From Phoronis australis (taxonomy: Eukaryota; Animalia; Phoronida): 64,000 nucleotides of DNA. Where the stretch lies: NCBI GenBank assembly GCA_002633005.1, contig NMRA01000024.1, forward strand, positions 699,803 to 763,802, in the 5' to 3' direction. The position numbers and the translations under genes were made by a program. Below, one piece after another: positions 49,301 to 62,154 of this stretch (position 1 is its first letter; each line of letters opens with the position of its first letter). The notes under the pieces are model-generated. The model ran no database searches. It was not told the DNA's origin and was given only the letters and a program-made list of their open reading frames with translations.

Positions 49301-50288
49301 TTCCCTGGATGAGATCAACAGAAGACAAGGGAATCTGCACTTCACCAATAACACAATGTCGTGAGAACTTGTCGAAGTCTTTAACTGTTATCTCGAGCAA
49401 TCTGTTCTGCAACTCGAGATACTCGGCGGAAAACGAGAACGTCTCGTTCCAAACGGGATTCTGGGTCTTCCGCTGCACAGACGACTGCTGGGAATCTTTT
49501 GTATTCGGATGCAGACAGATTTTGACGTAGGGGTTAGAGTGAGCCTGGTCGCACTTTGTTTCGTCATGCTCGATAGGCTTGGGTAAATCTCGCGCTTCAA
49601 CCAGTCGCACGTGAAATTTCTTTGTTTGAACGTCGTAGCGAAGGACGAAATGGACTTCGCCAAGTTTTGATTGCCCTTCAATAAAATCTTCAGTTTTTGA
49701 TATGTCAGTGGCTTCCTCATCGTAGAGTTCCTTTTGAAAGTTTTCAATGTCAAATGACGCTTCGGTCTTAAATCGTGGAGATTTCGGCTGCACGTTCTCT
49801 CTGTTGGCTGGGAAAAACTCTATCGGTTTCATGTCGATAAACGGCGATCTGTTGCCCTTGATTGACGACGTTGAATCGAATCTTGCCAACGGTGAGGAGC
49901 ATGAACCATTCCTTGATTTATCAGAAGATGTGGTCGAGTCAAATCGAGACCGAACAGAAGAACTGGACTCGAGCAAAGATTTCGAACTGGAATCGGAGTC
50001 GGTTCTGTTCATGCGGTGACCTTCCTTTCCGATGCGTGGAAAAACGAACAACTCAGGAGCGCGCGATCTGGACCCCGTACTCTTCGTGGATGAAGCTGAA
50101 GGCGGGCCGCTCCCGGGGGTGGAGGCGGAGGGCGGTCCACTGCCAACAGTGGCTGGAATGTTAGAGGGAATGCGGATAGTGTACTTGACATTCGAGTCTA
50201 ATGCTGTTTTCTTTTCCTCATAACAACAATCGCAGATTTTCCGGCAGATGTCGGACACGCACATCTCTTTAAAGAATTCTCGGAACAT
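40366..50288 (-). CDS. SYT17: Synaptotagmin-17 (B/K protein) orthologue, ~498 aa; exons 50288-49266, 43981-43861 (duplicate at 42271-42151), 40718-40366
   Basis: N-terminal Cys cluster (MCVSDICRKICDCCYEE) with no TM helix. SYT17-characteristic motifs SPFIDMKPIEF, VEARDLPKPIEHD..AHSNPYVKICL, DFDKFSRHCVIG, NYLPSAGRLNVDIIRA.QLLQTD, IGRIVLGKYSSG and terminal SPASVAVP. Introns are GT-AG with matching phases (0, 1). An acceptor at 50293-50295 implies an upstream, unlocated exon. Confidence 0.93.
40970..44434. repeat. Duplicated block (40970-42738 vs 42740-44434), probable haplotype pair containing the SYT17 middle exon
   Basis: Single-N junction at 42739; the 121-nt exon is identical in both copies while the introns carry SNPs and indels. 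Confidence 0.85.
41448..41543. other. Palindrome made of two head-to-head minimal hammerhead-ribozyme-like motifs (Penelope-like element remnant); copy at ~43210-43305
   Basis: Minus strand: CTGATGA-T-TTCTA-ATGAA-TAGAC-GAAAC-GTC. Plus strand: CTGATGA-T-GTCTA-ATGAA-TAGGC-GATAC-GTC. Confidence 0.6.
44101..44466. mobile_element. Non-autonomous DNA element with TACCCA...TGGGTA ends and many ACGAC/GTCGT internal motifs (partial copy at 42391-42738)
   Basis: Short TIR plus iterated TACGAC/GTCGT motifs in both orientations. Confidence 0.5.
48735..48835. repeat. (TTG)n/(CTG)n microsatellite
   Basis: Visible trinucleotide run. Confidence 0.9.
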
Positions 50289-50823
50289 CTTCCTGGAAGG
50301 AAAATGATAAAAGATTGACTTTACAAATTTTGATTTGATTTCATTACAAGCAAGTTTATAATAAACGTGGAACAGAACCATTAAGTGTTTTTTGTGTTTT
50401 GATGACTAATGTCATCAAAACGATGCAACATGTATAGGCTTACATGTACATCGTAGCCGCCTTATAAATCACGAGTGGTTTTAAAAAAAAACTGATAAAT
50501 ATCTGATGATACATTGCAGCTAAGTGAATACCAGACGCGAATAGCTATTTTTGTTTTTAACCTAGAAATGACCTAAACAAGCCATTAATGAAAGCCATTA
50601 GAATATCGCTTGCAACTTTCATTTTCAAATCGATTTTGCTTTCGTCACATTAAACTAATTTTGATAATTCTAGGAATTATTCGTTTATTTTTGATTGTTT
50701 ATACGGTCGATGTTCGGTAACTCGTCTGAAGATTCAATATAGTCTTCCCTGAATATATGTGTTTTTGTTGTCAATTGTTTTATCCGCCAAACTGACGACA
50801 TGTCTGTGCGCAAGATTAGAGGA

Positions 50824-50885
50824 GGCTGTGTGGCCTAGTTGATAAGTGCCCGCTTTCTTTACTCGAGGTCGTGGGTTCGAGTCCC
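50824..50885 (+). mobile_element. tRNA-derived SINE head
   Basis: GGCTGTGTGGCCTAGTTGAT (A-box-like) ... GGGTTCGAGTCCC (B box). Similar degenerate heads lie at 23891-23950 and ~54150-54190. Confidence 0.55.
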
Positions 50886-51049
50886 TTGAGTCCGGATTTC
50901 AGCTCCTCAGCTCGGTTTTAACCATATATTAATAAAGCATAAAAATGGTTCCAGGTGATCAGTGCAATGGGCCCACATGCGAGGCCTGTGCACGTCTGGT
51001 ACAACATGTATCAGAGCGCCTGCAATTATTTTTGTATGAGCAAGTTTAC

Positions 51050-51550
51050 CTTACCTATCCACTCATCCATCGATCGATTTAGCCATCAATCCCTCTATTA
51101 ATCTATCGGCTCAGGCGTGCAATAATTCATCCATGTATCCACCCGTTCATCCATCTATCTACCCACCCGCCCATCAATCCATTTACCAATGCATCGTCCC
51201 AGACATGCAATAATTCAGCCATGTAATCCACCCGTTCATCTATTTATCCACCCACCCACCCATCAATCCATCTAGTTCTGCATCGGCCCAGACACGCAAT
51301 AATTCATCCATATATGTACCTGTTCATCCATATATCCATCCGTTCATCCATCTATCCATCTATGCATCGGCAAAGACATGCAATAATTCATCCATATATC
51401 CACCCGTTCATCCATTGATCCACCCACCCACCCATCCATTTATCTGTGCATCGGCCTAGACACGCAATAATTCATCTATATATCCACCCGTTCACCCATA
51501 TAGCCACCCGTTCATCCATCTGTCAATATATCCGCAAGTACATCCATCTA
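51050..51550. repeat. Minisatellite of 84-89-bp units rich in ATCC, about 5-6 copies
   Basis: GCAATAATTCA recurs at 51119, 51207, 51296, 51380 and 51464. Confidence 0.85.
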
Positions 51551-51705
51551 TTAACCCAGGAATCCAAGCGCATATTTGTTGATGTACGTTGTCACAGTGC
51601 ATAATCTATTTCTGATCGGTTTGAATTTCTTCTCCCCGGTTGCATTTCGTAGACCCAACACACACTCGAGAAAGGGGTTGTGTGATCACGCGCTTCGCTT
51701 GTAAC

Positions 51706-51941
51706 CATGCGCGCACCAAGGGGGGCGCCCCATTTGGCGAAGTGGACAAAGAGGTCCGCCTCGGAGAAACAAAAAGTCCGACAAAACGAAACAAAAAGTC
51801 CACTAAACAGGCGCAAACGCACAATTCGCAGCTGTGGACGTGGTACCCCTTTTTTGTTAGTCCTTCGACTGCTTTTATCGGTAAAAGGTCCACATCGTTG
51901 GAAATTCGAGCCCCCCCCCATATTAAAGGCTGGGTGCGCAT
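51706..51941 (+). mobile_element. Copy of the CATGCGCGCACC MITE family
   Basis: CATGCGCGCACCAAG ... GGCTGGGTGCGCAT; internal match to the 31271 and 37630 copies. Confidence 0.75.
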
Positions 51942-52319
51942 AGCGACACCTCGCAAAGACATTCGTGACCTTGCGTTTTCGGTAGGCATATCTAGGTACC
52001 GTTCCATAGATCAAATTTCTTACGAGAAATCCGAGATTATGTATACCGCGACGCAGTATACTCGCGCCTCTCAGTGTTCTCCACAATAGGATGGACCGCT
52101 AGCTTCTGGTCTATTCTACTCGGTTCTGGAAGTCTCGCTATTTGAACGCGCTTCCTTGTTCAGGCCGATATTTTTGCCGCGAATACAGGAACCCTCCACT
52201 GATTGCTGTACAAGCAGAGTTTGGAAATAAAGTATGTGTTAATTATTGACACAAAAATGAGTGCGTATACATTAGTGCATTGTACTACACAATAAGTGGT
52301 CAGGATTCTTGTCAAGACT

Positions 52320-52462
52320 GGCCCCCGTTCAGTAACGCAAGAACCTTGCTAAAAGCAAGACTTCGCGAGATTACGTGAGATATTGTCGTGTATTTTCAAT
52401 GAGAACGAGTGACTTTGGCTAGATTTTAGCTAGATCCTAGCGTCCTAGAGTTACTGAACGCA
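52320..52462. mobile_element. Second copy of the CGTTCAGTAACG MITE
   Basis: Collinear with 36491-36630. Confidence 0.7.
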
Positions 52463-54458
52463 CTGATACGTCATTTGTATTGTCAACATGGCTTGCTGCT
52501 ACTCAGGCAGCGCTGAATAAAAGAAATATAATTGCAGCCGACAGACTGGTAAAAGCTGGTCATTTCTGGTGCAAACCGTACAAATACATGTACAATGTCG
52601 TTGATCACTTTGTTAATTAAAAGGGCGAGCGCGTGCTGGTCATTTACGAACATTTGTTTCTTGCGCGAGTGCGCAAGACGGACAAATCAAGAACATTGTT
52701 CTGCTCATCGATTACTAATTTACTACCTGGTTCGAGTAAACATTGATTTAACGCCTCTTCAGGTTTTCGAAGCACACAATTTGGAAGTGCATTAAAAGAT
52801 AAAGGATACATAGAAAAGGCGTAAATTGCATTTCCCCGTTTTGTTGAAACTGGACTCCAACACAAAAAGTCGGTCTGTTTACGCAATTCCTGAATTCGTT
52901 TAATATCTGCCGTTGAAATTTCAACAATAAATGAACTTCGAGGTTATAACTGTCTCGAAAACAAATGAAAAACATTCAACAAAATTGCAACAACTGTTGT
53001 AAATTTAGGAAGAGTTTGGCGTAGATGGCGATGCGTGAACCTACAATTGTTGAGTGGAAAGACTGTTCCGTAGCCTTTACTATAGTACCACGGAAATGAA
53101 AACTTTCCCCGCCTTAAAACGGATTCAGACGGCAACATACGTTCTACAGTCTTAAAAGACTATGGTGGCACTCACATGTTTTTTGCGCCACAGTCAACCC
53201 CCCCCCCCCCCCAATTTCATTGATAATTGGAGCCTGTTGGATATGCGATGGCTATGATTGGCATTTGATTTTTAACATGTTTTTTTACAAAACTGCAATT
53301 TGTTGCTCTCTTGACCTGTATTTGCAATCGTGGCTGTCAGAAAGTGGTGGAAAACACTCTATCGCTTCTTGACGGCAAAGCAAGCTTCGGACGGAAATTC
53401 AGGTACTTCTCAGACTTTTCAGGTTGGTAAAAAACGATCCATTGTCTACGCATTTTTGGGGATATGAAATGTTTTTTCATTCCGAGTGCGTTATCTGCTG
53501 CGAGTCATGCTTTTGGATGCAGTGAAAACTGCCAATTTCGTGTATTCTTAGTCGTTTTTCGGGCTGACCGGCTGCATTTGCCCGGGGGGCATAAAACCAA
53601 AAGAAGCGCACTTTGAATGCAATTTTCAGATTGCAGGTAAGTTTTATGTATTGTCAGTAAATACACGTGTTTCATATCTCCTGTTTTCGTTGTAGAAAAA
53701 GAGACCGCTTCCTCTCGGTTTATCCTGGCTGCCAGTAGGCAGCCCGAGGAAAACTGTTGAGTACCACGTAAAGACCGAAGTAGGCTACAACAGTTTAGTC
53801 CTGGCACCATGTGACACTATCAAAATCTCCAACTATCTGCACAGACCCCTCTTTCAACTGTTAAACGTGTAAATTCAAATCTTATTACAAAATCAGATCT
53901 GCAGCGCAGAAATCGATTAACATTTACAGCCGAAAACGCATTTTTGCTATTATTGTTGGACGGAATAGATCTTTTGGTGTTACTAGCTTTGGTCAGAGCT
54001 ATAATACAAGGTATCAGTTTTGTTTTGTGATTGCATTACAAATCGCCAATACTCGCCGTTTTCTGCCAGGCATTCGTTACTGCCGGTGGCTTAACCATTA
54101 TAGGCTAAGTATTCTACCATTTATAATAGTTGAAAGGCATTTAACTCCGCCAATGTGACCGCGATGGTTGCAAGTTCGATTCCGCACTGAAGCGGGTTAC
54201 CTTACTCGCCGATGGTGTTTCCTTCCGTGTGCACTTGCTCTCGTGGTCACTCACTCGGAAAGTTCTCGAACAAAACGGAATTTACATTACCGAGTACTCG
54301 CATAAAAAGCCAGGGAGGCGTATCTTGTTTATCACCTATATGCCGTGGGAAATGACTTTTAATGCCAAGGATGATGTTTGAAATGCAATTTATGAGGTCA
54401 GTTGCATAATGAACGCTTTTCGTAGCTCATTTTACTCAGACTAGCCCGAGGAAGGGCA

Positions 54459-55800
54459 TACTACTTCTACTACTAATACTACTGTTACCACTGCCACTGC
54501 CACTGCTACTATATTACCATTAGCACAACTACCAACTGCTACTGCTACTGCTACTACTATTAGTACTGGTACTGCTACTGCTACTACTATTAGTACTGGT
54601 ACTGCTACTGCTACTGCTGCTACTGCTACTGCTACTGCTACTAGAAGTATTACTACTGCTCTTACTCAACTATACTACTATTCTATTGCTACTACTCTAC
54701 TAGTACTTCTAGTACTACGACTAATACTTTCCAATACAGTCCCTATTACTGGCTACCACCACCACCACTACTACTACTACTCTTATTCAACTAATATTTT
54801 TCCACTGCTACTACTCAAGTACTTCTACTACTGCTACTTCTCCTACTATTACTACTACTGCCACTACCACTACTACTACCACCACCACTGCCACTACCAC
54901 TGCCACTACCACTACTACTGCCACTACCACTACCACTGCCACTATACCACTNNNNNNNNNNNNNNNNNNNNNNNNNNNNNNNNNNNNNNNNNNNNNNNNN
55001 NNNNNNNNNNNNNNNNNNNNNNNNNNNNNNNNNNNNNNNNNNNNNNNNNNNNNNNNNNNNNNNNNNNNNNNNNNNNNNNNNNNNNNNNNNNNNNNNNNNN
55101 NNNNNNNNNNNNNNNNNNNNNNNNNNNNNNNNNNNNNNNNNNNNNNNNNNNNNNNNNNNNNNNNNNNNNNNNNNNNNNNNNNNNNNNNNNNNNNNNNNNN
55201 NNNNNNNNNNNNNNNNNNNNNNNNNNNNNNNNNNNNNNNNNNNNNNNNNNNNNNNNNNNNNNNNNNNNNNNNNNNNNNNNNNNNNNNNNNNNNNNNNNNN
55301 NNNNNNNNNNNNNNNNNNNNNNNNNNNNNNNNNNNNNNNNNNNNNNNNNNNNNNNNNNNNNNNNNNNNNNNNNNNNNNNNNNNNNNNNNNNNNNNNNNNN
55401 NNNNNNNNNNNNNNNNNNNNNNNNNNNNNNNNNNNNNNNNNNNNNNNNNNNNNNNNNNNNNNNNNNNNNNNNNNNNNNNNNNNNNNNNNNNNNNNNNNNN
55501 NNNNNNNNNNNNNNNNNNNNNNNNNNNNNNNNNNNNNNNNNNNNNNNNNNNNNNNNNNNNNNNNNNNNNNNNNNNNNNNNNNNNNNNNNNNNNNNNNNNN
55601 NNNNNNNNNNNNNNNNNNNNNNNNNNNNNNNNNNNNNNNNNNNNNNNNNNNNNNNNNNNNNNNNNNNNNNNNNNACTACCACTACCACTGCCACTACCAC
55701 TACTACTGCCACTGCCACTACTACAGCCACTACCACTGCCACTACCACTGCTACTATATAATTCTAGTAGTAATACTAATACAGCTCCTACTATACTAAA
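54459..55800. repeat. (CTA/CTG/CCA)n low-complexity tract flanking an assembly gap
   Basis: Visible trinucleotide-like runs on both sides of the N gap. Confidence 0.9.
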
Positions 55801-58800
55801 ACTATTAGCGATATTTTTACTGATGCCAGCACAAATGTGTACGTGTACTCGAAGCCAAGCAATTAATCAATTTTCGAATCGGATTTCGAGTACAGAGATT
55901 AGACCGCGAGCCCTAGCTAATCTCTGTGGCGTTGACTTTAAAACCATTGAAATCTCTACAGTACTTTTATTTTATTTTTGTCAGTACTTACTTAGCGCCT
56001 TGGTCTGTGACACGAGAGAGGCAATACCTTTAGTCCGCTTCTGTATCGAAGTTAATCCCTGTCATTACGATTATCATACTAACGTGCCAGTCAGTCATTG
56101 AATGCCGTATAATATTTTCATTGCACTCTACTGGATGTGTTGTCTTGTACATGAAATTTACATGTCTTATTATCTAAATATCTCACACCACTAGGTCCCC
56201 GATACGCTGTTAAGCGATCGTAGGCAAGCAAATAAGATGTGAAGTGAATGCGAGACTATTAAACATCGTACTTCTCTTGAGCGGATTCGCTCATCAGGGA
56301 CAAGGGAGCGTAAGAGCCGGCGAATAATTACAGAAATCAATGTCAAATGTTCCACAATAATGAATAATAGAAGTATAATTATAAAAATAATTAGTTCCAG
56401 CAATTTGCGGAGCTTGGTAGCTGGTGTATTTTGTTTCAAGAAAGCCGCCAGAACCGAAGAAGTGATTTGCTAAAAGATCTTTTTTGGTCATTCAGCAACA
56501 CCGTGATGTAAATTGAACAATCCATCACGATAATCAAACATCTCATAAGCAAACCAATACTTAATGTTGACTGATCATCATATTTTTAATTTTGTTGAGA
56601 GCATTTTGGCGCCTGTTTGATCAATGAAATATTTTCTTATGGCATTGCGTTACAAATTAAATTGTTCAAATGCCGTAACCTGAATTTTCATGGCGAATCC
56701 AGACTTTTACGCGGAGTACTTACTTGAGATTCAAGTGTGTAGTGATTGGTCGCCCCCGACATGTGCTCGAGGTGACACCCAAGCACCCTCCCTATCAGGA
56801 GGGGAAAATTTTCAACCTCAAGCGAAAGGTACCTGAAGCCTTTTTATGCTATGTTTCTATGCCAAACATTCGGTGATTGACTGTATTTAGCATATTACAC
56901 TGTCTGTCATGTTACGGGTCAAGGGTCACTAGCTCTTAAGCCACCGGCCTATAGACACAAGTAGGAAAAATAACAAATACAAGCGCACGACATGATAGTG
57001 CTTGTGTGTAGTTCAGTGGTGCATTTTCGGTTTCAAAAACATTATAAGAAGCGAATTACAAGACGAAATCTTTTAACTATCCTCGATCACTGTCAGCAAC
57101 ATGCCATTTTTACTAGAAATCTATAAAACATAGGACTGTCTAGCTTTGATAGGCTTAGGCAATTACAGACAGCCTCTAGTATGGGCTAGACTAGTATTGG
57201 GTTAGACCCGAGAAAGAACTATGTTGCTCTCCCGAGTTCTATTTAACTTGATATGTCTGAGAGATCGGTCGCTTTTTGTTTTGATACATCCACGGTTACT
57301 TCATTTCTCTGATTTTTTCTCTTACTAGGTTAGTAGATCTTACCTGCTTTGAATTTCTGTCGTCGTCAGCTCGCTTTGCAGTGCGTAATTGGTCAGATCA
57401 CGAATAGCGACATTTCAAGTGTAGTCCAGCGGCTTGAATGAGAAGTATTATTTCACGGCTATCCGGTGAATATCAACTCATAACGGAAGTTAACTTACTC
57501 CGTTTTTGCCAATCCGCGGACGAAAGTATCAGTGGTCGTGTGATAATAAAAAATTGAAATTCAACTCACTGTCTAATGACCATTGTGCGCTGAATTCAAC
57601 GTTGAACAAAAACTACCTGCAGTTAAAGGAACACTAATTTTCGTTGAATAACACAAGTTTTTCGAATGCCGTAGGCTTTTGTGAGTTTTGGAGGGAATTA
57701 CCTGTTTCTGAACCTGGTCTATAAGTTTTCTTGGCGAATGCAAGCACTAGTCAATACCTAACACACACTGGATTTGGACCATTATAACACCAGGTAACCT
57801 TGAGTAAAATGCAATTATGCTTGGAATCAAAACAAATCTGAACGTTTGACAATACCTCACCTTCGACGAAACCGTTGTGACTTTTTTATTACCTGATTCC
57901 GTGGGTTTGTCTTTTTCGCACAGTAGAGTAGCACTAAAACTCTACTTATTCACCATCTGATTTAGTAAGCATTACCGTACTTACATTATCTTGGAGCAAA
58001 TGACTGAAAGAGGGAATATCGACATTGGTTTACAATAATTCTTTGTTGAATGCTCTTAACCTTCCGCCAATGAATCGTGAGAATCCTCATCAGTGTATTT
58101 TCGAAATGTTGCGTGTTAGTTATTGGTCTCTACAGATAACGGCAATTCGTGATAATGGTGTACTGGCGCTTCTCGTGATTTCATGGATTTGCCTACGAGC
58201 ACCGTGACGTCATCGTTGATTGCTGTGTCAATAACCTTCGCCGGGAGAATACAATATACAATATACAATATCAAAGTCCACGCAAAGCTAAAACATTTGA
58301 GAGGGATCAGGTAAACCCACACATTCCAGATTTTATCGATGCCATAAAGTAGATGGCTCAAAAACAGAAATCACAACAGGTGAATGGAAGAAAAGTTGCT
58401 GAATTGTTCTAGTGCCCGCTCGAATGTGCAATGGAATCTGGGGAAAACACAAGACCTACACTCTTTCACAGTTTTACGAAAGGTAGCACTGTAGAATGTG
58501 CTTCTCATTTGTTGAAGTGATGAAACCGACGTCATAACATTCAGTCATTCTCATTGGTTTAAATCTGGGAAACTCCTTTCAGTTTACTGTTGCAGTATGA
58601 CGACCACTTATGACTTGAATAGTTGCAATTTATTAAAACGGGCACCAATCAAAGTAAACAAAACCAAGTGAACCTTGGTCCCGTAGCTAAGCCCAAACAA
58701 ATACAGTGCATAGAAGGCGTGTGAAAGTGGTGGCGATGTGATCGATAAACTTCCGACCAAGCATGCGCATTGATGCCCACACACGGAATTCCGTGTGTCG

Positions 58801-61239
58801 TTCATTATTGTATGTTTCAAAAGAGTCACTTTTCAGTATAAGTGACGCTGTGTCAGAGGTAACACAAGTTCACGCAAGTCTTCGCGAGATATCGCCGTGT
58901 AATTTAAGTGAAGCACGTGGTCACATAGCTTCATCCGTGAAATTCTTGCGTCTACGAAACTCAACCATGAATCCGGCGGAAGCGCTCACTTCCTATTGGC
59001 CTACACTTTTTTGCGACGACTTGTCTAGGTCGCTTATACGCTTCTACCACCGGAAACTGCACTCGTTGATGGCTATCGCGCTCGTTCACGAGTGAAAGGT
59101 TACTTGTCAACAAGTTACATGGGGACAGATGTAATAAGAATGATGATTTCCGGTTCATGCTGAAGGCCTATTCACCTGAATTGGTTTTGCGCCTTGTACG
59201 TGATATTCATGCCAAGAATTGTACGATGACACTTGGTTTACCTCAAAATTCAACTTTGCCTAGTGGTTTGATAATGGGCCCAATTATGTTGCACACCCAG
59301 CAAAATTAATGAGGGGCATAATACGGCAACATAATATGCCTACAAATGTTTTAGGTTGTAAAAGTCCCATTTCTTGTCCGATTTTCAAAGTTCAACAACC
59401 TAACCATGTGCACTTTCACGAACTGTTCAAATATGCTATTTAAAAAACTTTCAAAACGAAAATCCAAAAAATACTATTGTCGCCCCCACTGAGTTTATGA
59501 TGGGTCTGATTATCTAGAGTGATTAGCAGCCTAAGGCGCTGTAATTAACTACAACAGCATGGTGTCTTTGATCAGTGCCCACAGATTTCGAGTTCCGCAA
59601 ACCGATTGAGTTGCCCAATCTCGACCGTTGAAGGCAGTATCAACGTAGGATTCTTTTCATGTTGACTATATTTTGATTGGTTGTGCAGCTGCAAAATTAA
59701 GATATCCATCCATTTTGACTCAGAAAAAGAGACACATTTAAAGGGAGTTTAAAAGAAAACGTCACCCTTTCGAAGCTGTTGTGTTTCAATCAGAAACACC
59801 ACTTTTTCGTAGCCGAAGGTTGAATTTTCAACACCGCATTAAGCCCGAAACAGTATAAAAAGAGACACCCTATTGTCAAAAACTAGCACGTCTTAATTTT
59901 GTAAACAAATTCTCGAAAATGTAAATCTCAATAAAAGCTCTCCTGTAGAACTGTGTAGGCATAGGTGATATAACAGGACCATTTTGTTGAGTTTCGGACT
60001 CCCGTCATGAAACGGCTTTTTAAAGGAGTTAAAAAGCACCCCTTCGTCAGGAAATTTGTTAGAACAGATGACCTTATGCCAGCGCGCTTCGCGTCCTGTG
60101 CTGTACATCTTTTTTAATGGGAATTCCCCTGGGTTTTTGCCTGAAAGTCACCTTTTGCATGACAGCAAAACTCGTTTCCCTAATTCAAAGACTGCGCCAT
60201 ATTCGGAACATCCTTCTACAACTTTTCACGGTTCCGTTATCCATACTATTACAGACCATTGCGGGTACGTCGGAAGTCACGTGACCACGTAAACGATTGT
60301 ATAATTGACACTGAAGTAAGAGCGGTTAGTCACAATTCACCTGTCATCAACTAACATTAGCATCGACTTGTCCGTTGATTCAACTCTGACAATAAATCTG
60401 ATACTGTCAACAATATGTCGCGGTAATGAAGTGAACAGGAAGTGACAATCATGCGGCAACACCCTTGGCAAGGGTGTGGCCGCATGGGCCTTGCGGTGAC
60501 GCGTACTACATCGGGAATAAACTGGCCGTTGTAGAAAAAAAAGTGATTGCAATGGTGAAGATACGATTCCATTTCGCAAGTACCGCGTCTTACACTGAGT
60601 TATATTACGTAATACTAAAGTATCTTATCTTCCCAAGAAACTCGCGGAAATGCAAGAATCGAAAGTTTTCTTAAACTCAGTTTACCAGCTTTTGTCCTAG
60701 CTCTGCCGAAATCACTTCTAATCTGGGTAAAACACGAGTTGTGACCACTTGCGATAGTTTTTGGCATAAGACGGATTAACTTTAGATTTTTTTCATTGAT
60801 AGCACCTTCTTTGGGTCATTATATGTGTTTCACATAAAACCACAGCAATGAGCACAATGATGGGAGTTCCTAAGCTTTGTCTCATTGTACCGTGCTGTTT
60901 ACTCGGGCCGACTGGCGTGTGCGACTAATCATGCCACGTAAACACGTGCTTTGACGCGATTTTTCAAGATCAAAGTCGAGCACGATTTCATTTAAAATAG
61001 AGCAGGTCCTCTGATTTCCGTCTGGCTTTCGCTCACCTCGCACGTTAAACAATGCATGTTACGTTTGACGCGAAAGCGTGTGAATTCCGAGCTGTATTAT
61101 CCAACGTAAAACTTCACCAACGATATGAAGGACGAAATGATAAGACCCAAAATGCAATTGACGAATGAGAAATGGGACGCACGGAATTGTGAAAGTAACG
61201 CCTTAGTTTTATGAATTAGAACGTCACTTAGTGCAGTGA

Positions 61240-62118
61240 ATACACATAGATTATTACATGGCGAAGTCGTTATCCCCCGTTATCTAGAGCCCGAGTGGAT
61301 TTTGGAGAATTATCGCCCGAGGGACGTTAGCCCCGAGGTTGATAATTCTCCAAAATCCACGAGGGCTCTAGATAAGGGGAATAACGACTGAGAACATGTA
61401 ATAATCTAGTTATACCACATACTGAACGAGAAACATTGCAATGAATCGATCTACCTTTCTCGACTCACTTCGGCTTTGTAACTACTTTCTACGTCAGAGG
61501 CCCGGGGTCAGAGGTCGTGACCTTTTAAGAAAAGCTTAGCTATTTTTGTCAAATAATGCTTAATATACTCAAAACCAATTGAAAATTTGAACAGAATAGA
61601 AATAAAGTGAATCTATAAATTAAGGTTTAGCAACTATTACAGCTTACTACACATTTTATCACGTTAAGCTTCGACCGGGAAAATATCTTCTGCTAAAGTA
61701 GGTTGCCACTAGTAACTGACTATAATGCTCAAGTCAAAGGATCTCAACGACATGATACCCGCATTCAAATTGGAGATCGGTGATTTACAAGTGAGTGAAC
61801 ACGAGAGAAAAATGTCACAGAATTAAAATATCGTTTTTATGGAAATTATGCGTCTTATTTTTCATAGCGTATAAATGTCGGTGCAATGCCCTTTGCTGAA
61901 CATGCGATTGTTGCGCGTGCTCATTTAAGTATTCTGTTTTCATATTCGATGACGTCAGCCTCTGAGTGATGTAGTGCTACAGTCGGCGACTCGAAACTAT
62001 GAGGCCCGGCTTCGAATTCGGCCTCGGTTTCCCGCCAAAATGTTATCTCACTAGTGAGATAACTTTATGGGTTATTACACGGTTGTATCTGCCATTCGAG
62101 GCTAAAATTGTGGTATAA
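61240..62118 (+). mobile_element. ~880-bp hairpin-headed non-autonomous element, copy 1
   Basis: 162-bp imperfect palindrome at 61247-61408; TTATACCACA (61410) is inverted to the terminal TGTGGTATAA (62118); degenerate tRNA-like boxes at ~61957-62030; perfect 22-bp palindrome at 62042-62063. Confidence 0.7.
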
Positions 62119-62154
62119 ACGTGGTTATACCACAATTTTAGCCTCGAATGGCAG

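Noticed and set aside
50824-50885. tRNA genes at the A/B-box sites (7832, 23891, 50824, 62830)
   Set aside because: No complete acceptor and anticodon stems could be built, so they are treated as SINE-like heads.
56270-56310. Other CTGATGA hammerhead-like cores (minus strand at ~56295 and ~36040, plus strand at ~30165)
   Set aside because: No GAAA at the required position after stem II.
55800-61200. Protein-coding gene in the region upstream of SYT17
   Set aside because: Only short ORFs without recognisable motifs; a few donor-like sites but no supportable exon chain.
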